Shown piece by piece: positions 11,243-20,629 of a DNA stretch of 64,000 bases. Positions within the stretch are counted from its first letter, which is position 1, and every line of letters begins with the position of its first letter. The stretch covers positions 1,116,001 through 1,180,000 of the forward strand of contig MU008174.1 of NCBI GenBank assembly GCA_010909165.1. Direction: 5' to 3'. The notes below the pieces were generated by a model. That model saw only the letters and a program-made list of their open reading frames with translations. It was not told the DNA's origin and did no database searches. The translations under genes and the position numbers were made by a program. This DNA comes from Anthoceros angustus. Taxonomy: Eukaryota > Plantae > Anthocerotophyta.

Positions 11243-11929
11243 AGCCAGATTAGTGCTACAGAAGTCGTGTATAGATTGTAGAGACACTCACCATTTGGGA
11301 CTGTTCAAGGATACACAGCAAACGGTTCTGGTGGCACGGGGTTTCTCTGAAATTTACCTGGTGGCGAAGGACATCCAAAAAGGAACATGAACAAGTCAGG
11401 AAATCTGTTCGCCGATATCTGTCTTGCCACGTCAAGATCCACGGTGTTGCAGCTCAGTTCCCGAGGATGAATCTTGGAAGGGTGATTTTACCTCGGGGGA
11501 GGAATCCTGGATCTCTGACACAGTGTGGTGGTGAATTTGGAGCCGTGGAGTGTCCTCCGACCTGATCCAAGGGCAGGAAAGAGCCTTGAGGAACCGAGGA
11601 GAGAGACAATGAACCTCGGCCTTGTGCATGGAATGTACATCCTTGTGTGACAAGGATTGAGATTGCCCTCGGGCCTCGAGGCTCGATTTGGTCCGCTGAC
11701 TTGGATTGGGACGCCACATTTCGATTTGGCACTTGGGAGCTGCAGGATTTGTGGGTTGTGCGGCCTTGCACCGGAAATTGGAAGTGTTTTGCGATCGCAA
11801 TCTGAGACCAAGAGGCAGTTGTGGGTCGGGGAATGCGAGGAGGGTGAGGCGCTGGAATCGGGGGTGATCAGGCTTCTTCTGGTTGGAAGCTGGTAGGCAG
11901 GATTTTAGCGCAAGAGTCGGGTGGGCGCA

Positions 11930-13242
11930 ATGGCGGTGGCAGTGTGGGCAGCTGGGCAAGTGGCGGCTGCGGGCTACAATGCTCTCAGTTCTGGGAGGGC
12001 GCAGCCGGGTGTGGGCATAGCGCAGCTCCGGAGCACCTTCCATGGCTGCTCTCCTCCCTTCCTGGGTGCCTCCAGGTCCGGGTTTCAAGGCCAGAGTTGC
12101 GTGGACTCGAGCCTGGTGCGAGAGGCTGGAGCTGAGGACAGGAAGGGACGGCTGACCACCTGCATGGCCTGGGGAGGGGCTTTGGCTGCTGTTCGTCTCA
12201 TCATCCAGGGCAAGAATTTGGAGGTAACGGCTCCCCGGGGAGTGTGAGGTGAAGTCCGAATTGAGGCTCTGCGTGGGCGGGCTTAGCGTTTGCTGACATG
12301 TTGGCTGCAGTTGACGGACTCGATCAAGGCGTATGTCGAGGACAAGGTGGGTAATGCTGTCCAGAATCACGGCAATCTTGTCAGGGAAGTGGATGTGCGA
12401 CTGTCGGTTCGTGGTGGTGAGACTGGCCGTGGCCAAAAGCTTCAGAGATCGGAGGTATGAGTATTGGGTTCACTAGTTATTGTCTTGGGAGGAGTGTCTC
12501 TATCAGTTTGCGAGTTTGTGGTGGGCTCCCATGTTGATAATGTTGATGGTTGCGTTCTGTACAGGTCACGTTGTTCACTAAGAAGCATGGAGTGGTGCGA
12601 GCAGAAGAGGAGTCCGACAGCATGTATGCGAGTATTGATAGGGTATCTGACGTCATATCCAGAAAGCTCCGCAAAATCAAGGAGAAAGATGGTGGACAAG
12701 GCCGCACGTACAAAATGCGACACCAGCAGTCCCGTATCGGAGAACTTCTCTCGGATCAAGTGGTTGACCTGGCACCCATTCTAAGGAAAGAGCCTGATGA
12801 CGAGTTGCCGGATGAGGTATGTGTCAGCTTGTATGCCAAGCACTGCTAGGGGGCGCACGTGCTTGTTGTTTCTGATTCCCGCTGATTACCCCTGTCTGCT
12901 TCCTTCTCAGGTGGTGAGAACCAAGTACTTCGACATGCCACCCATGGGGGTTGAAGAGGCTCTGGAGCAATTGGTGAACGTGGGCCATGACTTCTACGCC
13001 TTTCGCAATTCTGACACAGGTAACGAAGATTTCTCCAGATCGGGCTTGCTCCGGACTTTCACGTCTTCCGAACTCAGTTCCTTCCGCCTTTTACAACCGT
13101 TCCGTCTGGCTGACATCTTGTTCTGTTTCTATCAGGCGAGATTAACATCCTGTACAAACGAACACACGGTGGATATGGAATGATCGTGCCCAGGAATGAG
13201 GGCTCGTGGGAAACCTCGAAGAATGGCGCACCCAAGAAATGA
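11930..13242 (+). CDS. PSRP1: Plastid-specific ribosomal protein 1 / ribosome hibernation factor (HPF/pY family); 5 exons
   Basis: '[21 protein letters not shown]|[14 protein letters not shown]...[13 protein letters not shown]...|[25 protein letters not shown]...RKLRKIKEK...|[11 protein letters not shown]...HDFYAFRN..|[14 protein letters not shown]'. TGA at 13240-13242. Confidence 0.95.
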
Positions 13243-14075
13243 TGGGGAGCTTGTTCCAAAGTGATCTGCGTTGAATTATGTTATCAGGTACTTCTTTCTT
13301 CAGCAGCACTAGATGGCAAAACTGCTACAGAAGGACCTAGGAAGCCATATCGAGTGACAGCGTAGCTGAATGTGGATGTCTATACGTCCAAGACTGCAAC
13401 CACACAGAGTACCTAGATACAACATGATTCATCTTTTCTGGAAGTAGAACTGGGTGCCATCCGCATGTTTCCTGCCATCAGAAACGCCAGAGAGGAGCAC
13501 TGCGTCAGGGGAGCAGAGGGCACCATGCCAATTTAGTGTGAATTTGCTGTTCGTGTCATGGAGAGCTTTTGACCCTCCAAGAGGCTTCGGTTGGTTGGTT
13601 CAAAGAAAATAAATGCACGGAAAGGACGAGGCCCTCTGCAGCTTCCAAACTCTTCCCACGAATTCTTATTTCTACAAAAGAGGGTTTTCTATTTAATCGA
13701 CGTCGTTTGGTACCCACTACTTACTTAGACGTCTTTTCCCTGCAAGTCACACGTTGACGACCCTCTGCAAAGGAACAAAGGTTTTCAGGTGGTCTCAAGA
13801 AGAGGCACCTGTGGAGGGCCCCAGGAAAGGACAAACTTAACTATCCAGCTTGGGAGTTGCCTGGCCATGGAGATGCCTAGTTGCAATTGGAGACCCTGTG
13901 TGAAAGCCACGCTGTGCTTGTGGCGCAAAACAAACCACTAAAACTTGGGACTTCCCGATGAATGTACATACATGCACCCTGGAAAATGGCGGGATGCCAC
14001 TACACCGGGGATATTAAAACTCAAATGCTGAAACTCATAATTAATTCTTGCCGTCTTACTGCAGTTCCGACAGGA

Positions 14076-17000
14076 TCAAGGCTCTACCCGGAGTAGATTG
14101 TTTTGGACACTGGCGTCGCGCATAACCATCTCCCTCCGGTGGTCGATGGTCCAATTGCCATCCACGATGAACTTGATCTCATAAACTCCAGGGTAGAGCA
14201 GCAAGTCCAGACCCCAAAGCATGGGTCCTCGAGAACCGTCAAAATTGGGTATCTCAGACCTGAGATCTGGCTGAAATGCGAAAAAATGTTGCCAACCATT
14301 AAAACTGCCAGCCAGTTCGACTTTGGTGCCTTCCCCCCACCATTCAACAGACACCTTCTTGAGCCGTGACACGGCCACCTCAGCATCCTTCAACTTCCTC
14401 CTCTCCTCTTCCAATTCCACCTTAGCTTGGGCAATATCCGTGGAAACTTTGCCTTGCACAAGCATAAGCTCAGCTTTCATTTCTAGCAGCTCTTGTCTAA
14501 GGCTGAAGACCTCTGCTTCTCGGAGTTGCAGGGCTGATTTCAGGCTATCAATCTCAATCTGTGCCTGTTCCTGGAGCTGGACATCTAGCTCCTTTCGTTT
14601 CTCTGCCAACCGGCCTATTTCTTGCTGCTTGGCCAAAATGCTGAAGATAATCCGGTCTCTATCCTGCTGCTTGGAAGTTGCGTCCAAAGCAGACTCCAGC
14701 TGCAACTTTGCTTGCAGGATGGGACCCATTTGTGCAGCAATAGTCTCCTCCCTCTCTGGGACAACACTATCTGGCTGATCTGCTTCCCAAGAGAGACCAT
14801 CAGAGTGGTAGTCATAGTCTGCAATCCTCTCAGGGCCCTGAACACCATTCACAGCAAAGATTTCCTCCTTCGCTTCTCGAGAGTTCTGCTCGTCATCTGG
14901 CTGCAGGCCAGAGCTTGCAGTATCAAATTCTCCAAATGTTTCCGGCTTGGCAGGGTCATTCAGCGACAAAGTAAGATCGTTGTTAACTTTGTCCTCTAAG
15001 ACACCGGACTTCGTCTCATCCTTGTCTCGCCACTCAGTTCTTGCTCTGAGAGATTCTCGCAAGACTCTCAACCCTTCAGCACCTTTCCTAATCTCCAGCA
15101 GCTTCTGCCTCAACTGATCTCGAGTATCTCTTAGCTGCTTGGAAGATTCTTCTTGTTCTGTGCTAAGCTTACCAATACCGCCAGATAGGGTTTCAAAGCT
15201 TCCAGACTCTTCCACAATGCTCGGCAGACCTGTGCTCAAAAACAACCTTGCTCTTTCCTGGATTGACAAGTCAAAGACAGTCCTCTCATCCGGAACAGCC
15301 TGTGACTGCAGGTCAGATACAACAGGACTGTCACTTTCAGTCACCGAATTCACAGAACCTTGTTCTGAGACTGGAACAGAAGCCTGCTGTCCTAAATTCT
15401 CAGTCTCGAAGAGTTCTCCTTGTCCTGTACTCCTTCCAGACTCTTGCAGAATGCTCGACAGTCCCGTGCTGACAAACAGTCTTGCTCTTTCCTGGATTGA
15501 CAGGTCAAGTACAGACCTCTCATTTGAGACAACCTGAGACTGTAAGTCAGGTACAACTGGACTTACATTTTTTGTTCCCACATTTGTAGAGTCATGTTCT
15601 GTGACTGGAACGGAACTCTGCTCCACTGATCTCTCCTTCTCCGAAAGTTCTCCTTGTCCTGTATTCAGCTTTTTAATACCGCCAGATGTGGTTTCCAAGC
15701 TTGAAAGTCCTGTGCTCACAGACAACCTTGCTCTTTGCTCGATTGACAGGTCAAAGACAGACCCCTCGTCTAAAATAGCCTGACCTTGCAGGTCAGGTAC
15801 AGCAGGACTGGCACTTTCAATCCGCAGATTTGCAGAATCCTGTTCTGTGGCCAAGCCAGATCCCCCCTGCCATAAATTGTCCTGCTCAGAAACTTGTCCT
15901 GATTCTGTATCCAGCTTACCAATATCACACAATGGAGTTTCCGAGCTTCCAAGCTCTGCCGAAAGGCTAGACAGACCTGTGTTCACAAACAGACTTGCTC
16001 TTTCCTCAATTGGCAGGTCCCAGTCAGACCTCTCATCTAAACCAGCCTGAGATTGTAGCTCCTGTACAACAGGACTGTCCCTTTCAGTCCGCATACTTGC
16101 AGACTCTTGCTCTGTGATTGGGACAGAACCCTGCTGTCCTAATTTCTGCCTCTCGGCAAAATCTCCTTCTATTGTACTCAGCTTGCCAATATCACCAGAT
16201 GGGGCTTCAAAACTTCCCGAACTCAGAAACAACCTTGCTCGTTCCTCGATTGACAGGTCCAAGACAGACCTCTCATCTGAACCAGCCTGAGATTGTGGCT
16301 CCTGTACAACAGGTCTGTCATTTGCAGTCCACAGATCTGCAGACTCTTGCTCTGTTGTTGGAACAGAACCCTGCTGTCCTGATTTCTGCATCTCCGTAAA
16401 TTCTCCTCCTGCTGTATTCAGCATGCCGATACCACCAGATGGGGCTTCAAAGCTTTCTGTGCTTGGAAACAACCTTGCTCTATCCTCAATTGATAGGTCA
16501 AAGACAATCCTCTCATCTGAACCAGCCTGCGATTGTAGCTCCTGTACAACAGGACTATCACTTTCAGTCCACAGTTCTGCAGACTCTTGCTTTGTGCTAG
16601 GAACAGAACCCTGCTGGCCTAATTGTTCCTTCTCAGCAAATTCTCCTTCTGCTGTATTCGGCTTGCCGATACCACCAGATGAGGCTTCCAAGCTTCCTGT
16701 GCTCAGAAACAACCTCGCTCTTTCCTCAATAGACAGGTCCAAGACAGACCTCTCATCTGAACCAGCCTGAGATTGTAGCTCCTGTACAACAAGACTGTCA
16801 CTTTCAATCGGCAGATTTGCAGACTCTTGCCCTGTGATTGGAACAAAACCCTGCTGTCCAAATTTCTCCTTTTTGGAAAATTCTCCTTCCGCTGTATTCA
16901 GCTTGCCGATATCACCAGATAGAACTTCAGAGCTGCCCGACTCTTCCAAAGGGCTTGACAGTCCCTTGCTCGCAGACAGCATTTCTCTTTCATACACTAG

Positions 17001-18665
17001 CAGATCAAAGACATAACTCACATCTGAAACAGCCTGAGATTGTGGGTCAGGTGCACCCAGACTGACACTCGCAGTCTCAAAATTTTCAGAATCCTGTTCT
17101 GTGACAGGAGCAAAACCCTGCTGTTCCGAAGCAAGCCCCTCACTGCGGGAAATGTCAGGTTGCTGTACTCCGGTTTCAGAGCTTGCAGACTCTTGTACAC
17201 TGGACTCTTCCAAAAGGCTTGGCAGTCCTGTGCTAGCAAATACCCTTGCTCTTTCCTCCAATGACAGGCTTGAGACAGATTTATCCTCTGCAACAGCCTC
17301 ATATCGAGGGGGTTGCACTACAGGACTGACATCGTCCACGTGCTGCAAATCTCCCGCATCCAAGACTGGGGACACAGAAGCTTCTTGACCGATCGCCAGA
17401 TCCTCGCTTAGTGAAGCCGAAGCAACTGGTTCTGTGGAACTGGAGCTTGGAGTTTGTTCCAGGAGACTGGTCTGTCCTGTAGTCACAAGCAATCTCGCTC
17501 TTTCCTCTAATGACAAGTTTGGCACAGACCTTTCAGTTAAGCCAGCCTCAGGTTGCAGGCGCTGTTCACTAGGACTGACATTTTCTGTATCCTGTTCTGA
17601 TGCTGAGTCAGGGGCATCCTGCCCTAAGAAGGTCCATGCCTCGGTGGGCAAGGAAAAGTCCTCTTCTTGAAGAACTCCAGTTTCAAAGCTTGCCGACTCT
17701 CTTAAACTACTTGACTGTCCTGTGCTCACCCACAAGCTTACTTTTTCCTCTGATGACAAGACCGGGACAGACATCTCTTCTGAATCAACCTGAGGTGGCA
17801 GGCTCGATGCCACAGGACTTGAATCTTCCATTCCATGAAGAGTCAAAAGATCCTGTTGCGAGACTGAGGAGACAGAAGCCTCCTGCTCTGAGGCCAAAGG
17901 AGCCGCAGTCTCTAGCTTTAAAGAAAAACCAACGTCCTCCCCGAATTCTGGAACACCCACACTACTAGATGGCACCACCTGCTCAGCATTATCCTCAGCA
18001 ATCGCCTCACCTGGAGGTGTAGCAGCTCCGGGGTGCTGCCATGTCGCAATATTTGGTACAGAAGGGGAATCCGACCCTGGGGAGCTAAAGCTACTCCCCC
18101 TAACCTTTTCTGCAACCACATCCTCAATCTGCTCTCTCAGTGCTTGCTCTGACACCACCTCGACCTGCACACTCACGTTCACACTCGAAGTTACACTGCT
18201 GGTGAGCTCCCCCCTCCCAGCTCGGCCCCCACTATCAGAATCACTACTGCTCCCGCTGCTCCCTCCTCTCCGAAACCTGGGATTCCCAAGCATGCGGCTC
18301 ACAGCCTGGTACCCCCGACTCCGCACCGCATAAGCAAGATCCGAGCGACCCCTGCTCGTCAGCTCTTTGATAGACGGCAACTGGTTAGCCGGCAGATCTT
18401 GCTGTGCAATAAAGTTCTTCAACTGCTCCACCAGAAGAATGTCCTTCTTGCTGAGTTTTTCGCCCCCTATCTTCCTCCTCGCATGCCGGTTCCCCTGCCC
18501 AGAACTGCCAGAACTGGAGCAAGTTACGCGGCAAAATCCTTGTGTTCCACACCTTTCCCACGGCTGCTGCTGGAGCCGCACCCTGGCCTTCCAGCAGCTT
18601 CCCCGCTCCCCGACTCCCAGCACGAAAACGGGCTTCAAACTCCCAAGCCCGGCTGCCAACGCCAT
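14076..18665 (-). CDS. PROTEIN TARGETING TO STARCH 3-like (PTST2/3 family) CBM48 protein, 1529 aa, single exon, with large internal repeat expansion
   Basis: N-terminal family motif 'QLPSIKELTSRGRSDLAYAVRSRGY', a long coiled coil, and a C-terminal AMPK-beta-type CBM48 'VELAGSFNGW...LYPGVYEIKFIVDGNW...NNLLRV'. First ATG at 18665 (the track's 18698 start is TTG). PTST3 rather than PTST2 is judged from recalled CBM48 sequence. Confidence 0.85.
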   Translation of the reverse strand: MALAAGLGSLKPVFVLGVGERGSCWKARVRLQQQPWERCGTQGFCRVTCSSSGSSGQGNRHARRKIGGEKLSKKDILLVEQLKNFIAQQDLPANQLPSIKELTSRGRSDLAYAVRSRGYQAVSRMLGNPRFRRGGSSGSSSDSDSGGRAGRGELTSSVTSSVNVSVQVEVVSEQALREQIEDVVAEKVRGSSFSSPGSDSPSVPNIATWQHPGAATPPGEAIAEDNAEQVVPSSSVGVPEFGEDVGFSLKLETAAPLASEQEASVSSVSQQDLLTLHGMEDSSPVASSLPPQVDSEEMSVPVLSSEEKVSLWVSTGQSSSLRESASFETGVLQEEDFSLPTEAWTFLGQDAPDSASEQDTENVSPSEQRLQPEAGLTERSVPNLSLEERARLLVTTGQTSLLEQTPSSSSTEPVASASLSEDLAIGQEASVSPVLDAGDLQHVDDVSPVVQPPRYEAVAEDKSVSSLSLEERARVFASTGLPSLLEESSVQESASSETGVQQPDISRSEGLASEQQGFAPVTEQDSENFETASVSLGAPDPQSQAVSDVSYVFDLLVYEREMLSASKGLSSPLEESGSSEVLSGDIGKLNTAEGEFSKKEKFGQQGFVPITGQESANLPIESDSLVVQELQSQAGSDERSVLDLSIEERARLFLSTGSLEASSGGIGKPNTAEGEFAEKEQLGQQGSVPSTKQESAELWTESDSPVVQELQSQAGSDERIVFDLSIEDRARLFPSTESFEAPSGGIGMLNTAGGEFTEMQKSGQQGSVPTTEQESADLWTANDRPVVQEPQSQAGSDERSVLDLSIEERARLFLSSGSFEAPSGDIGKLSTIEGDFAERQKLGQQGSVPITEQESASMRTERDSPVVQELQSQAGLDERSDWDLPIEERASLFVNTGLSSLSAELGSSETPLCDIGKLDTESGQVSEQDNLWQGGSGLATEQDSANLRIESASPAVPDLQGQAILDEGSVFDLSIEQRARLSVSTGLSSLETTSGGIKKLNTGQGELSEKERSVEQSSVPVTEHDSTNVGTKNVSPVVPDLQSQVVSNERSVLDLSIQERARLFVSTGLSSILQESGRSTGQGELFETENLGQQASVPVSEQGSVNSVTESDSPVVSDLQSQAVPDERTVFDLSIQERARLFLSTGLPSIVEESGSFETLSGGIGKLSTEQEESSKQLRDTRDQLRQKLLEIRKGAEGLRVLRESLRARTEWRDKDETKSGVLEDKVNNDLTLSLNDPAKPETFGEFDTASSGLQPDDEQNSREAKEEIFAVNGVQGPERIADYDYHSDGLSWEADQPDSVVPEREETIAAQMGPILQAKLQLESALDATSKQQDRDRIIFSILAKQQEIGRLAEKRKELDVQLQEQAQIEIDSLKSALQLREAEVFSLRQELLEMKAELMLVQGKVSTDIAQAKVELEEERRKLKDAEVAVSRLKKVSVEWWGEGTKVELAGSFNGWQHFFAFQPDLRSEIPNFDGSRGPMLWGLDLLLYPGVYEIKFIVDGNWTIDHRREMVMRDASVQNNLLRVEP
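15170..17900 (-). repeat. 11 in-frame tandem repeats of ~234-267 bp (~78-89 aa) inside the PTST3-like ORF
   Basis: Core motif (D/N/S)LS(I/L)(E/Q)ERARLF(L/V)STG recurs on the + strand near 15246, 15479, 15726, 15993, 16233, 16473, 16713, 16980, 17243, 17493 and 17737. Three central units are exactly 240 bp. Confidence 0.95.
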
Positions 18666-19053
18666 TTTTCCAGTGTTGCGGGCTCTGTGCAGACTCAATC
18701 CATCCTGGCTGGACCGTTATGCGATCCCCGGCTCATGCATGGGCTCCTGTTGCTCGCATCGGGGTGTCCTGCTTATCCTCAAGTCAGACCCTGCTTAGAA
18801 ATTGAATTGCGCGGTAAGATGAGGCCTGACGGAAGTGCTGGCTCACACGATGCAGTGCATAGACAACCAAGGCCACAAATTTCGTCCATAGCAGGGAGAT
18901 CGCGAGCCCGCCAGTAGGGTTGAGGACAACACCGCCGCAGTCTCATCGTCCCGGTTATCGCAACACACCATAACGGCATTGACTTTTTAAGAGCGTCCTT
19001 TCCGGAACTGTCCGGACTCTGGAAAGTGAAGCTCTCTTGTGTCGGACGCCAAA

Positions 19054-20579
19054 ATGGACGACTACCTGCAGAATCTGCGATCACTTCGAATGCACATGAG
19101 CGGTGCGTGCAGAAAATTGTGGAAGTGCTGATATCGCGCGCAGTGACATTCCTGCAGAGAGAGCAGTCTTGCCAAATTGTGGACATCCTCTGGAGCTTGT
19201 CATACGACATGATGGTATTTGTCGTGTAGAGCAGATCGTGAATCGAGGACGGATGAGCTTGCTGCCGAGGAGCACAAGTACAGAGCTGCCATCGCTGCTG
19301 CTGAGGAGGAGTTGGAGCGAGGTATAACATTGATGAAGATGAGTGATAAAATTGATGGCTATCTTCCGTGGCCAGCCTGGCGAGTGTATTGAATTGCTCG
19401 GTTGGAGATTTGCAGCTGATGCGGAGCTGAATGTGAACGCTGCTGAGCTTGACAGCATAAGCAGGGAGAAAGGAAACTTATCTGCTAGGATCTTGAGCTG
19501 TCAGAAGTCGATTCAGGCTCTGGACGCTGAGTATGAGACACTTGAGCAGGCAAGCAGAGAGTAGCTGGTTTAGTCGATTCAGCTCTGGCCAGTGTTATGA
19601 TGCGGCGGTGGTACTGTTTGGCAGGGTTGGCAGCTTCTGGAGCTTGACATACAGAAGCAGGCCGCTACCTTTGCTGAGAAAAGGTGTGGTTAAATTGTGG
19701 TTTCTTCTATCAAGATCGTTGCACTGGTGCAGATTGGAGGTCTCCGATGACTTGATCTGTTTGCAGGTTGTTCTATGATGGACATACTCAGGCCGCAGTC
19801 GCCAAGCAGCAAGAATTGAAGGTAGTTTTCCTTTTCTCGGAGCGATTTTCTGGAAACCAAGAAGCTTGAGCTCCGATTGACTTGTCTTTGATGCAGAACT
19901 GGTACGACTCAAGGCCTCTGGAGCAAGAGATCCACAAGGTAGTTATCGTGGATTGATAGACAATGCATGCCAATGTAAGGAATGGAAGTTTCATTTGTTG
20001 TCTTTGAGGAATTCAAAAGTCACCTAATGAAGGCCCACAGGTCCAGCTGGAAATTGACCAACTTGCTGGACGGCAACATGAGCCCCAAGTACCAGCCCGT
20101 AGTTCACAGGTCTCCATCAACCAGTGAACATCTCTAACACATCAGCGTTACTGTGGTGAGAGACACCTCGGAACTTGGCACCATTATTATTCCGAGTGTT
20201 GCCAGATGCAGGAGGACAGACAAAAGGAGCTCCATGATCTCCGGAATCAGTTGGACGAAGTCACTGCGGAATTGGTGAAGGAACGGCAGTATATGGATTC
20301 ACTGAAATTTCCCGACCAGATAAAGGTGAGTATAGTTCTGTTTCGTCTATTCCGTTGACAGGTTGGACATGATCAGGGCTTTATAATAAAGTGACAGCAA
20401 CCTGGATTTAGAATTCTGCACTGTACACCGACTGACGGTTCCACCTTTCATCTGATCCATGACTACAGGCTCCAAGGCAACTTGTCTGCAGTTCTTGCGG
20501 ACTCAACTTCAAAGTTGACCTCCAGGCAGCTCAGGATAGGAGGGACTCCGACATGCAGACAGATCACTCGCCCAACTGA
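19054..20579 (+). CDS. Uncharacterised coiled-coil protein with C-terminal Cys pair (At1g33500 / 'tropomyosin'-annotated plant family-like); about 9 exons
   Basis: Spliced reading MDDYLQNLRSLRMHMS|DRESRTDELAAEEHKY...|...SARILSCQKSIQALDAEYETLEQ|GWQLLELD...|...ELK|NWYD...|...EVTAELVKERQYMDSLK...|APRQLVCSSCGLNFKVDL resembles recalled 'MEEYLQYMKTLRSQMND...CGCGEEY' proteins. Middle exons are uncertain. Confidence 0.7.
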
Positions 20580-20629
20580 GCTGCGCCGATATATTAGAGG
20601 CATGTGGATTAACCACAAGTCCTGCAGCT

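Noticed and set aside
4408-12436. Long antisense ORFs (4408-5229, 7147-8094, 11432-12436), and likewise 24248-24853
   Set aside because: Shadow frames opposite GC-rich coding exons of recognised genes; no recognisable domains.
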